DNA of 64,000 nucleotides from Candidatus Cloacimonadales bacterium (GCA_963662585.1 OY759729.1:2400001-2464000), one strand, 5' to 3'. Counted from the stretch's first letter, positions 9,407-19,365 are shown. Made by a program: numbers and translations. The notes: a model not told the origin generated them from the sequence alone.

Positions 9407-10489
9407 ATGAAAGTTAAAGATTTATATGAAATACTTTGTAGAATAATGCCTTTAAATATTTCTTTTGATTGGGATAATGTTGGGCTTTTAATCGGTGATG
9501 GTCAAGCAGAAGTTGAGAAGGTTCTTTTGACATTAGATATAACTCCTGCTGCAGTGGATAAAGCTATTAAAGAAAAGTGTAACTTAATTTTATCTCATCA
9601 TCCTTTAATATTTGGTAAGATAGATAGAATAAACAATCCTCTTTTCCTTAAATTAATTAGAGCAGGAATAGATGTTATTAGCATGCATACAAATTTAGAC
9701 TCTATTCCTACAGGAGTGAACAGGGTTTTAGCCGAGAAATTAGGCTTAGAAAATATCACTTTTATTGCACCTGATGGAGGGAACAAGGTTTTTTGGGGTA
9801 AGGTGTTTGTTCCAGAAACAGATGCTAAGAGATTGCAAGTGGCAATAACAGAGGCTGGGGCAGGAGTCTATGAAAAGTATACTAATTGTCTTGTAACCAA
9901 TCAGGTTATTGCTTCTTTTACTCCTAGTGAAAGAGCAAAACCAGCAATTGGAAGTCCGGGAATCAGAGAATCAGTAGAAGAAATTGAACTTCAATTTAGG
10001 GTTGATACAGCTAATTATAATCGTGTTATCTCTGCTATCAAGAAGAATCATCCTTATGAAACACCAGTTTTTCATTTTTATGAAATTAATGATGATAATA
10101 TTAATTATGGTTCAGGCATGGTCGGAGAATTAGCTTCAGAATTATCTTTAGAGGATTTCGCAGCTCTTGTTAAAGAGAGATTGGCTGCTCCTTTTGTTAA
10201 GCTGTGGAGTGCAGGCAAACTTAATAAAACTGTGAAAAGAGTATCTGTCTGTGGAGGGTCAGGTTCTTTTTTAATCAAAAAAGCTTCTTTCATAAGTGAT
10301 GTTATGGTAACTGGAGATGTTACTTATCATACTATGTTGGATTCAAATTTACCTATTATCGATGCAGGACACTTCTACACTGAAAACCCAGTATTAGAAT
10401 ATCTTAGTGATATCTTACAAGAGCAGGGAATTGTACATACATTTCTTTCTCCTCAAGAGCATGAAATCAGTAAGCTAAAACTTATCTAA
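9407..10489 (+). CDS. Nif3-like dinuclear metal protein with PII-like insert
   Basis: WDNVGLLIG, SHHPLIF, HTNLD, HPYETP, DAGHFYTE. Confidence 0.92.
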   Translation: MKVKDLYEILCRIMPLNISFDWDNVGLLIGDGQAEVEKVLLTLDITPAAVDKAIKEKCNLILSHHPLIFGKIDRINNPLFLKLIRAGIDVISMHTNLDSIPTGVNRVLAEKLGLENITFIAPDGGNKVFWGKVFVPETDAKRLQVAITEAGAGVYEKYTNCLVTNQVIASFTPSERAKPAIGSPGIRESVEEIELQFRVDTANYNRVISAIKKNHPYETPVFHFYEINDDNINYGSGMVGELASELSLEDFAALVKERLAAPFVKLWSAGKLNKTVKRVSVCGGSGSFLIKKASFISDVMVTGDVTYHTMLDSNLPIIDAGHFYTENPVLEYLSDILQEQGIVHTFLSPQEHEISKLKLI

Positions 10490-10499
10490 GGAATTTTAA

Positions 10500-11684
10500 A
10501 TGAAAAAACTATATAAGATGGAAAACAAAATTCAAAAATATGAATGGGGTACATTTGATTATATTGCTAGTTTGTTACAGCTAGAGAATAATAGTGCTGA
10601 ACCTTGGGCAGAATTATGGATGAGTGCTCATGATAAAGCACCCTCATTTTTGCCAGAAATTAGAAGTAATTTAAACACTGCTATTGCTAATAATCCACAA
10701 GAGTTTTTGGGAGAGAAAGTAGCTAAAAATTACAAGAATAAACTACCTTATTTGTTTAAAATTTTAAGTGCTAATAAGCCTTTATCTATTCAAGCCCACC
10801 CTAATTTAGAGCAGGCCAAAAGAGGATTCAAGTTAGAAAATGAGCAAGGAATTCTTTTAACAGATTTTATAAGAAATTATAAAGATGATAATCACAAACC
10901 TGAACTAATCTGTGCTTTAACAGAGTTTCATGCCATGTGTGGATTCCGTCCTGCCTCAGAGATAATTAACTTTTTTAATCAGCTTGGTTTAAATAAAGTT
11001 TTAAGAGAATTTTCTGCCTTTGAAAAAGAAGCTAAGGCTGATAACTGGGAAAAGGTCTTTATCGAAATCATTGCGGGAAGTGTGGAAAAAAAACTACAAA
11101 TTGTTGAATTGGTTATTAACAATATACATGACTTAAATGATGAATTTGTAAAGGATTGGGTCTTAAAGATGATGATTCATTACCCCAATGATATTGGGAT
11201 TATCTCACCACTCTTCCTAAATACTTTCATTCTGCAAGCAGGAGAAGCAGTTTTTCTTAAAGCAGGAATTCTCCATGCTTATCTTCAAGGAACAGGAGTA
11301 GAGATTATGGCTAACTCAGATAATGTTCTTCGAGGTGGACTAACCCCTAAAAACATAGATGTGAAGGAGTTAGTTTCTATTTTAGAATGGGAGATGAAAG
11401 AGCCTGAAATTCAATCATATAATTTTAATTCTCAAGTCATCTCTTATCAAATTCCCATTAATGAATTTTCTCTTAAAAGAGTTAAGCTTACAGGTGAGCT
11501 AAAGATAAAGAATGAGAAGCCAACTATGATAATTGTTGTAGAAGGCGAAACTCAAGTTACTTGTGGAGAAGAGTTTAAGAAAGTGAAGAAAGGTGAAACT
11601 ATTTTTGTTACTAGTGAGGCTAAAGAATTTACTTTAGCAGGACAAGCTCTTCTCTTTGTCGCTTCCACTAACGATAACTACTAA
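10500..11684 (+). CDS. manA: Mannose-6-phosphate isomerase, class I
   Basis: YEWG, AELWM, PLSIQAHP, YKDDNHKPE, HAYLQG, EIMANSDNVLRGGLT. Confidence 0.95.
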   Translation: MKKLYKMENKIQKYEWGTFDYIASLLQLENNSAEPWAELWMSAHDKAPSFLPEIRSNLNTAIANNPQEFLGEKVAKNYKNKLPYLFKILSANKPLSIQAHPNLEQAKRGFKLENEQGILLTDFIRNYKDDNHKPELICALTEFHAMCGFRPASEIINFFNQLGLNKVLREFSAFEKEAKADNWEKVFIEIIAGSVEKKLQIVELVINNIHDLNDEFVKDWVLKMMIHYPNDIGIISPLFLNTFILQAGEAVFLKAGILHAYLQGTGVEIMANSDNVLRGGLTPKNIDVKELVSILEWEMKEPEIQSYNFNSQVISYQIPINEFSLKRVKLTGELKIKNEKPTMIIVVEGETQVTCGEEFKKVKKGETIFVTSEAKEFTLAGQALLFVASTNDNY

Positions 11685-11696
11685 TATTCTCAATAT

Positions 11697-11731
11697 AAAA
11701 AGAAGGACTGAATTAATTCAGTCCTTCTTTT
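11697..11731. terminator. Bidirectional terminator between manA and the RRM gene
   Basis: aaaaagaaggactgaat/attcagtccttctttt inverted repeat between convergent genes. Confidence 0.85.
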
Positions 11732-11791
11732 GTTTAATAAATTCTTTATCAAAAATCTTACTTCAAAGCAAGATGTTTTTTAAAATCTAAA

Positions 11792-12082
11792 TTAGTATCT
11801 GTTTGTTCTGCGTCTTGGTCTGTCATCTCTAGGACGATCTTCTCTAGGACGAGCTTCGTTAACTTTAATTCCTCTACCCATGATTTCTTTTTCATTTAAA
11901 CCATCGATAGCGTTTTGTCCAGCAGCATTATCTGCCATTTCAACAAAACCAAAACCTTTAGGACGACCAGTTTCTCTGTCTTCAATAATTTTAACTGAAG
12001 TAACTTCACCAAATTCTGCAAATAATTCTCTTAAATCTTCTTGTGTCATAGTATATGACAAGTTTCCAACGTAAATATTCAT
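11792..12082 (-). CDS. RRM-domain RNA-binding protein
   Basis: RNP2 IYVGNL and RNP1 KGFGFVEM. Confidence 0.95.
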   Translation of the reverse strand: MNIYVGNLSYTMTQEDLRELFAEFGEVTSVKIIEDRETGRPKGFGFVEMADNAAGQNAIDGLNEKEIMGRGIKVNEARPREDRPRDDRPRRRTNRY

Positions 12083-12937
12083 TAATTCCTCTCATTCTAA
12101 CTTCTTGTCGAAGTCTATTTGATTTGAATTTATAAAAGTGTAATTTACTGTCAATCTTTATTTTAATTATTATCTGTAAGTAGTGAAAAAAGAACTTCAT
12201 ATTCTGTCAGAGAGTATGACTAATAGCTTGATATGTATAAGGATATGAAAGGGAAAAATAATTTTAGCAAAAAGAAAATAAAATAACTTTCAGCTGTTAA
12301 ACCAATTTGATCTAGGGTTATTATTTATTTTGAAGTTAATTTAACTGCAATATTTGGCTTAAATGTATAAATAAAATTCAATTATCATAAATTGACAAAT
12401 ATATAGGGGAAAATATAATAAGGCAAAAGGTGATAATTATGAAAACAAAGAATTAGCTAAGAAAACTTATGATTTAATGAGAGAGTGCTCAAATTTCTAC
12501 TCATAATGAAGCTACAGAGGAGAAAATCTTTCTAGTTTTATGATATAAAATATAGATGAAGCTCGAAAGGAGACTAGGCTGTTAATAACTCAAGTATTTT
12601 AAGGGTAGGTAAAATTACCAATAATATTATAGATTAAAGCTAAACATTCAAGTTGGCGTATATCTATCCAAACTATTCACTGTAAAGTATTTAAAGCTGG
12701 GATTAATATTTCTTAGCCTGGGGGAAAGCTTGGACAGCTTGCCACCCCAGGAATTGTATGTCACAAAGGACTAAGCTTGAATGAGATTTATTAAAACATT
12801 CAATTAGAATTTTTTTGTATCTAACCTCTATACTTGCTGAATTCCAGCTTACTTTATGCATTATAGCAGTTAGAGGAACAGCTTAAAACTCTATTTGCTT
12901 TAAGCTGAAGAAATTTTCTTTCTCTATATTAAGATAT

Positions 12938-13354
12938 TTATCGTTTTATTACTAAGCAATCAGCCATTTTATCGTGTAATGTTTGTTTTTGATCTGTAAA
13001 ACCTGCCATTAAAAATCCTATCATAAGAATAAAGGCAGAAATTATTTTCCCAAAATGTCTTCCACTTGCTCTGAGAAAACTCAATCTTTGGCCATATATT
13101 GTCGTTACTTTTAATCCTAAGATATATTTTCCTAAAGAAGCTTGAAGAGGAGAACTCTCTAAAATCGCAAAATAAAGCCAAAATATTGCAGTACTCATCA
13201 GTGCTACGGGAGAGTTTAAAGCATCAAAATAGCTTTGTGAAGGGTATAAGTCGGGAGAACTAAATCCCATAGTTAAGACCCTCGATATAATTGTAATAAA
13301 AACTGAATCAATTAAGGCTGCAAAAAATCTTAGCCAAAAGCCTGCATATTTCAT
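12938..13354 (-). CDS. RDD family membrane protein
   Basis: MKYAGFWLRFFAALID...QASLGK...KQTLHDKMADCLV. Confidence 0.9.
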   Translation of the reverse strand: MKYAGFWLRFFAALIDSVFITIISRVLTMGFSSPDLYPSQSYFDALNSPVALMSTAIFWLYFAILESSPLQASLGKYILGLKVTTIYGQRLSFLRASGRHFGKIISAFILMIGFLMAGFTDQKQTLHDKMADCLVIKR

Positions 13355-13723
13355 ATTTCTTACTCCTAAAAATTTTTTTCCAAACTTAAGGTTTATTTTA
13401 ATCATGTCAATAAAAAATATCATACTTGCAGATTTTATTTATAAATAACTTTCAGAAAAATCCATTAATTATATTAAAATAATCCTTGTATTGCTGAAAT
13501 AAGGGCTTATTCTTCATGCTAATCAACTCACTCATCTTTGATCCTTAATTCCTTCTTCTCACTCAATTCAAATATTCTTTGAAGTTTTTTCGAACTGAGT
13601 GAGAAGAAGGATGGTCAGAGCATTAGGTCAAGAAGAGAGTATTGATGATAAGCACAAATAATAGCCATTAAATTAGTAAAGAAACAAAAAATAAAATAAG
13701 ATTAAAAAAAATCTTGACTAATT

Positions 13724-13750
13724 TTAGCAGTCTGAAAATATGTTTGCTAA
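13724..13750 (+). promoter_or_regulatory. CIRCE-like (HrcA) operator upstream of groES
   Basis: TTAGCAGTC-N9-GTTTGCTAA vs consensus TTAGCACTC-N9-GAGTGCTAA, just downstream of a TTGACT -35 at 13714. Confidence 0.75.
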
Positions 13751-13793
13751 TAAACAGAATTTAAAAAATAATATATCAAAACGGAGGTATAAG

Positions 13794-14066
13794 ATGATAC
13801 TTAAACCTATTGACGATCGCGTAGTGATTAAATTAGATGAAAAAACTACAGAGAAAAAAGTTGGGAATTTATACATTCCTGATAGTGCAAAAGAGAAACC
13901 ACAGATGGGTGAAATCATCGCAGTTGGTAATGATGAAGAATTACAAGAAATCGTAAAAGTAGGAGATACTGTACTTTATGCTAAGTATGGTGGAAACGAA
14001 GTAGAATTAGATGGTGAGAAATTCTTAATTATTTCTCGTTCTGATATCCTGGCTATTGTGGAGTAA
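13794..14066 (+). CDS. groES: Co-chaperonin GroES
   Basis: LKPIDDRVVIK...LYIPDSAKEKPQ...VKVGDTVLYAKYGG...DILAIVE; GGAGG RBS before 13794. Confidence 0.95.
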   Translation: MILKPIDDRVVIKLDEKTTEKKVGNLYIPDSAKEKPQMGEIIAVGNDEELQEIVKVGDTVLYAKYGGNEVELDGEKFLIISRSDILAIVE

Positions 14067-14068
14067 TT

Positions 14069-14383
14069 ATGATTGAAGTAAACGACACAAACTTTGCCGA
14101 AATCGTAGAAAAATCCGATATCCCTGTATTAGTAGACTTCTGGGCTCCTTGGTGCGGTCCTTGTAAAGCTTTAACTCCTACTATTGAGAAAATTGCTCAA
14201 GAATTAGAAGGAAAAATTAAAGTTGTAAAGGTCAATGTTGATGAATCTCCTGCAATTGCTGGTAAATTCTCAATAATGTCTATTCCTACTGTAATCTTGT
14301 TCAAAGATGGACAAGTTAAAGAACAATCTGTAGGATTAGTAAACAAAGATAAACTTCTTAAAAAGATTCAACCATATTTATAG
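14069..14383 (+). CDS. trxA: Thioredoxin
   Basis: VDFWAPWCGPC, SIPT. Confidence 0.96.
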   Translation: MIEVNDTNFAEIVEKSDIPVLVDFWAPWCGPCKALTPTIEKIAQELEGKIKVVKVNVDESPAIAGKFSIMSIPTVILFKDGQVKEQSVGLVNKDKLLKKIQPYL

Positions 14384-14401
14384 GAGTTAATCCTATGTTA
14401 G

Positions 14402-14427
14402 AAACGCCCTCGCATGAGGGCGTTTTT
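14402..14427. terminator. Bidirectional terminator
   Basis: aaacgccctc-gcat-gagggcgttttt. Confidence 0.85.
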
Positions 14428-14429
14428 GC

Positions 14430-14644
14430 GTGGCGGAAAGAGCATGTTGCTCCTCACCTGATGCTATAGAGCTTTTCTAATAGGCTCATGTGTTGAAAAT
14501 GTGTTCTCTTCACAGGTTATATACTGTTGTGATTTACTGTGTTAAGCTTCAGATTGGCGATAGCTTCGTAAACAGGATTTACTAATTATACCAAAACATA
14601 AGACGATCAAGAAGCTCTGTTTAATGCGGTATTCCCGTAACCAC
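14430..14644 (-). ncRNA. Candidate structured ncRNA, 6S-like rod
   Basis: Three nested long-range helices plus an apical hairpin. Mismatches read as G-U on the minus strand. Ends at the terminator. No ORF. Confidence 0.55.
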
Positions 14645-14939
14645 TAACTATAAAATTACCTTTAAGAAAACTCTAAAAAGTTAACATGAGAATCTTGTCA
14701 TGTTAAGAAAACCTCAAAAAAACAGACTATTTTCTCCCAAATTGACCATTTCCCCAAAAAAGTGACCCTATCAGTGTTTGAAGGGTAGTTTTATTAATAC
14801 CAATTAAACAAATCCCCATATCAACAAAATTCTTTTCATCAATAAATTCTTGCAATAATCTAAATTTAGAGAATTTATTTGACAGTAACTTAGCATCGTT
14901 AGATAAGGTAAAAAAAGATAAATAATAAGAGGCAATACA

Positions 14940-15629
14940 ATGATATTAATATTTGATACAATAAAGAATGATGACGCATCTTTCAGATTCAGGCAAAGTA
15001 TGGCAAGAATCTTAAAAGATGATTATAAATATACATTTAAGAGAATATACAGTAATGATTTAAATCTTGATTACTCAATTTATAGTAAGTTAATAATTTC
15101 TGGTTCAGAGTTGTCTGCATCTACTCAGCATATTGAGCAACAAGAAGTTTTTAGTGTGATTAATGAGTTTATTTTTGCCGGGAAACCTGTTTTAGGTATC
15201 TGTTATGGTCATCAGATGCTTGCTCGTCTGCTCGGTGGTGATGAGTGTTGTGTTAAGGCAGAAATACCTGAATTTGGCTTCACAAAAGTTAATCTTGTCG
15301 ATAACCCACTTTTTAAGGGTATAACTTCTTCAGTATTTATGCAGTCACATTTTGATGAAGTGGTAAATCTTGATGATTCATTCAAGATAATAGCATCTAA
15401 TGACAATGTTAAAATTCAAGCTTTTCAGTGGCAAGATTATCCAGTCTGGGGTCTTCAATTCCATCCTGAACTCAATTGGGAAGAGGGAAGTAAGATGTTA
15501 GAGAGAAACTTGAAAGAAGATAAGAGAGTTGCTGAGTATGCTAATTATGATTGTGAGGATCCTAAGGAAGCAAATCAATCTGAATTAATTATATTGAACT
15601 TTTGCAAGTTGGAGGAAAGAAATGTCTAG
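14940..15629 (+). CDS. Type 1 glutamine amidotransferase
   Basis: GICYGHQ nucleophile and QFHPE. Confidence 0.9.
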   Translation: MILIFDTIKNDDASFRFRQSMARILKDDYKYTFKRIYSNDLNLDYSIYSKLIISGSELSASTQHIEQQEVFSVINEFIFAGKPVLGICYGHQMLARLLGGDECCVKAEIPEFGFTKVNLVDNPLFKGITSSVFMQSHFDEVVNLDDSFKIIASNDNVKIQAFQWQDYPVWGLQFHPELNWEEGSKMLERNLKEDKRVAEYANYDCEDPKEANQSELIILNFCKLEERNV

Positions 15630-18021
15630 TAAGAATAGGGAAGAGATAAAAAGTAAGAAGATTAGAGCTACTTCAGAGGACTTAACAGATAATTTAATTA
15701 ATAAAAACTGGGTGGGAATTGGGATAATAATTCTCTTTCTTTCCATATCCTTTTTTAAGCTCGGTTTCTTAGGATATGAACCTATTGCTCATGATACTAA
15801 TCAATGGCGATATACTGCAAATGAATCTATTGAATACAACAAGACTCATTCTGATCCAGCTCTGTGGAATAGTAATATCTTCTCTGGAATGCCTAACTAC
15901 CTAATCAGCTTCCCGACCAAATACCCTTATGTAAATAATGCTATAATGGCCATTAATTCTGTGATTAACTGGAAGCTTTCTTTCCTAATCCTAGGTGCTT
16001 TAGGAGCTTTTTTCTTGCTAAGATATTTAAAAATAGGAGTGATAAGTTCAACTATAATGGGAATTGCCTTTGCGATATCCTCCCACTTCATTGCCTTAAT
16101 AGAGATGGGACATAATACCAAGTTTCAAGCTATAATGATTCTTCCCTGGTTATTATACGCATTTATTTATATAAAGGAGAAGAGAAATTTATTGGGTTTA
16201 GGTTTTTTCTCAGTAGCGATGATTACTGAACTACGCTTAAATCACTTACAGATAACTTATTATTTATTTCTTTTTTTAGGAATATTCTGGATATATGAAT
16301 TAGTTTCAGCACTTAAGAAAAGAGAATACAAACCATTCCTTATCTTCACTCTATTATTAATCTTAGGAGTAGGTATTTCAGCCTTGGCAGTAGCAAATCC
16401 ACATCTTTCTAATATGGAATATGCCCATTACTCTATAAGAGGAGGAGAGACAGGATTAACTAAAGAATATGCCCAGGGTTGGTCTATGCATCCTCTTGAG
16501 TTGATTTCATTAGTTTTCCCTAATTTCTTTGGAGGAATTAACCAAGACTACTGGGGGTGGATGTCTTTTACTCAAGCCTACCACTATACAGGTGTGATTA
16601 TACTTCTTTTGGCTATATTGGGATTCCTTTTATCCAAAAGAAAATATGCTAAAATATTTGGAATCGGAGTTTTAGCTGCTGTAATAATGTCTTTCGGAAA
16701 ATATTTTCCTCTTTTCTCAAACTTCTTACATGATTATTTACCAGGATTTAATAAATTCAGAGTTCCAGCAACTCATTTAGTGATAGCTCAATTACTACTC
16801 ATTCCTTTAGCTGCCATCGGTATAGGAGAAATTCTTAAGATGGTAAATGATGAGAAGTTTGCCAAAACAATGAGAATTGGCTTAATAGTAGTGATTGCTC
16901 TTTTTGTCTTTAACCTAGTGGGCGGAGAATCACTTTTCTCAGGTATGAATTTCACTTCTGAAGGTGAAATGGCTCAATGGCAACAGTATGCTGGAAATCC
17001 TCAACTGCAAAAGCATATAGATAATTTAAAAGCAGAGAGATTAATCTTAACAGTAAACTCTGTTCGTAATGGCTTATTTTTCTTAGCCTTAGGCTTCGGA
17101 TTAATCTTCTTCTATACTAAGAGAATGATAAGAAAAAACATATTTATAATTCTTATAGGTATTTTTATGCTATCTGATTTAATGCTAGTTAATAGTGCCT
17201 ACTTTAAGACCCTTTATCCTGGAAAAGAGAATAAGGAGTTGGCAATGAATTCTATTGATAAATATTTAAAAACTAGTCAGCCTACTGGTACTTACCGTGT
17301 TTTCTCTTTTGATAATGTAAATGATGTTTCTTGGGCAGCTCACCTGCAGATAATTGGTGGTTACCATGGAGCTAAACTTTTACGCTATAATGATGTACTT
17401 AATAATGCTATGAATCTCAATGTTATTAACATGCTTAACGCTAAATATATAATATCTAAAGAGAATATTGGGCAGACTCCCCTTGTAACCATGAAAAAAG
17501 GAAGTGATCTTGTAGGACTTTATCTTAATCCTGATGCTTTAGATAGGGCATGGTTTGTGCAAAACTTAAAAATCTTAGAAACTAAAGACCAAAGAATTTC
17601 TTTTATGAACAGTAATCAATTCAGACCTCGTAATGTAGCTATTGTAGAGAGTGATTTAGGATTTACAGGAGAGTTAGGACAAGGTGTTGTTGAACAAATT
17701 CCGCAAGAAGATTACATGCATAAAGTAGCCTTTTCTGTTAAGAACTTAGATAAAGATGGATTTATGGTAATCAGTGAAACTTACTATCCGGCAGGTTGGA
17801 AAGCTTTTGTAGATGGCTTTGAAACTGAAATCTATCCTGTTGATCATATTCTTAGGGGAATAAAAGTTCCTGCAGGAACAAAAGAAGTGGAGATGATATT
17901 TGCTCCTGAAAGCTATTATCTCAGTACTAAGTTGTCTTTAGCAGGCATTCTTCTTTCTATCTTAATCTTATTATCAGGTATCTATCTTGATTATTTCCGA
18001 AAGAGAAAGCAATTTGCTTAA
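15622..18021 (+). CDS. YfhO-family polytopic membrane protein (GT-C-like)
   Basis: Many TM helices; FSGMP, GHNTK, H.QITYY, GGYHGAKL, SETYYPAGWKAFVDG. Confidence 0.85.
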   Translation: MSSKNREEIKSKKIRATSEDLTDNLINKNWVGIGIIILFLSISFFKLGFLGYEPIAHDTNQWRYTANESIEYNKTHSDPALWNSNIFSGMPNYLISFPTKYPYVNNAIMAINSVINWKLSFLILGALGAFFLLRYLKIGVISSTIMGIAFAISSHFIALIEMGHNTKFQAIMILPWLLYAFIYIKEKRNLLGLGFFSVAMITELRLNHLQITYYLFLFLGIFWIYELVSALKKREYKPFLIFTLLLILGVGISALAVANPHLSNMEYAHYSIRGGETGLTKEYAQGWSMHPLELISLVFPNFFGGINQDYWGWMSFTQAYHYTGVIILLLAILGFLLSKRKYAKIFGIGVLAAVIMSFGKYFPLFSNFLHDYLPGFNKFRVPATHLVIAQLLLIPLAAIGIGEILKMVNDEKFAKTMRIGLIVVIALFVFNLVGGESLFSGMNFTSEGEMAQWQQYAGNPQLQKHIDNLKAERLILTVNSVRNGLFFLALGFGLIFFYTKRMIRKNIFIILIGIFMLSDLMLVNSAYFKTLYPGKENKELAMNSIDKYLKTSQPTGTYRVFSFDNVNDVSWAAHLQIIGGYHGAKLLRYNDVLNNAMNLNVINMLNAKYIISKENIGQTPLVTMKKGSDLVGLYLNPDALDRAWFVQNLKILETKDQRISFMNSNQFRPRNVAIVESDLGFTGELGQGVVEQIPQEDYMHKVAFSVKNLDKDGFMVISETYYPAGWKAFVDGFETEIYPVDHILRGIKVPAGTKEVEMIFAPESYYLSTKLSLAGILLSILILLSGIYLDYFRKRKQFA

Positions 18022-18982
18022 GCTAAAATCTCACTACTACCGAGATTACAGTTCTGATTTAGAAGAAGCTCTGCAATCTGGCTTAGGAGATTCGCATCGT
18101 ATTACTGTAGGGAAAGAGATTCCAAGTGATATAGATGTGCTTATTCTGGCTTATCCAACTGAAGATAAGCTTAATATCTCACCTTATCTCAAGTCTCTTG
18201 TTATTCCCTTTGTAGGGATTCCTGATTCTACTAAAAAGATTATGAAAGAATATCCTCATATAAAGGTAGTGAATATTCACCATAATTCTCGTCCTGTGGC
18301 AGAGTGGGTTATGGCCTTCCTCCAAGCTGGACTCAAGCATATTATTCAGGCTGACAGGGAATTTAGGAAGCATGATTGGTCTCTTAGATATGATAATAAC
18401 CCTTCATCACTTTTATACCAAAAAAGAGTTCTTATCTGCGGTTATGGCCATATTGGTAAGTTACTTGAAACTTATTTGCTTCCTTATGAAGTAACTATTG
18501 ATAAGATTAAAAGAAGTAATATTGATCCTGAAGCAGGAGTTTATTCTCTTGCTGATTTAAATAGAATCGTTGGCGATTATGATGTTGTGATTGACCTCTT
18601 ACCGGCAACTGCTGAAACTGTAAATATCTTCAATCACCAAACTTTCCAGGCTATGAAGCCTAATTGTTTCTTTATCAATGTTGGACGAGCTTCCACTGTT
18701 AATGAAGAAGCTCTTTTCACAACTCTAAAAGAGCGAAAAATCTTAGGAGCAGCCTTAGATGTATGGTACAATTATCCTGTTACTCTTGAGGAAAGAAAAA
18801 ATACATGCCCAACTAATTTACCCTTTCATACTTTAGATAATTTAATTATGAGTCCTCATCGAGCAGGTGGCTTAGGTATGGCTGAAAACGAGATGTTTAG
18901 GGTAGATGAATTAACTAAACTGCTCAAAAGGATAGAAGTTAATCCTGACTTACCTGGGTTGGATTTAGTGATTGGCTATTAA
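17987..18982 (+). CDS. D-2-hydroxyacid dehydrogenase family
   Basis: GYGHIG, FINVGRA, AALDVW, MSPHRAG. True start may be slightly downstream. Confidence 0.88.
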   Translation: MIISERESNLLKLKSHYYRDYSSDLEEALQSGLGDSHRITVGKEIPSDIDVLILAYPTEDKLNISPYLKSLVIPFVGIPDSTKKIMKEYPHIKVVNIHHNSRPVAEWVMAFLQAGLKHIIQADREFRKHDWSLRYDNNPSSLLYQKRVLICGYGHIGKLLETYLLPYEVTIDKIKRSNIDPEAGVYSLADLNRIVGDYDVVIDLLPATAETVNIFNHQTFQAMKPNCFFINVGRASTVNEEALFTTLKERKILGAALDVWYNYPVTLEERKNTCPTNLPFHTLDNLIMSPHRAGGLGMAENEMFRVDELTKLLKRIEVNPDLPGLDLVIGY

Positions 18983-19009
18983 GAAGCTTTTTACACTAGT
19001 TAACATGAA

Positions 19010-19330
19010 TTAAGAAAAGAGTGAAGACCTTTTCAGTCGGACGGTGGAGATTCTCTCCGCCCCAGGTTAAGAAGAATTTTCAGAAGTCTTCGCATAAGCC
19101 AGGCGAATAAAGATAAGAAAGATTTGGTCTACTGATTACACAGATTTCACTGATTTTAAGGACAAAGAGTGAAGACCTCTTAAACTCCCCTCTTAAGTGC
19201 TGAAAGCACGCAAAAGAGGGGTGGCATCGAAAGATGACGGGGTGTTTCTTAATGCTCCATAGGAGCTAACTCCTTGTAGAACGATAGCATTCCTCAAAAA
19301 GTGGTTGGACCCACTGGGGAGAAGCGATAA
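19010..19330 (+). repeat. Mosaic of REP-like modules A-B-C-D
   Basis: A 19036-19062, B 19122-19160, C 19181-19252, D from 19254; the same order appears inverted at 42536-42843. Confidence 0.75.
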
Positions 19331-19365
19331 CACCCAATAAGTGGGAACTTGTCACGGAGAAAATA

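Noticed and set aside
14430..14520. tRNA-Sec or tmRNA (minus strand ends ...TTCCGCCA)
   Set aside because: No T-loop (GTTCRA), no TCA anticodon arm and no tmRNA acceptor motif.
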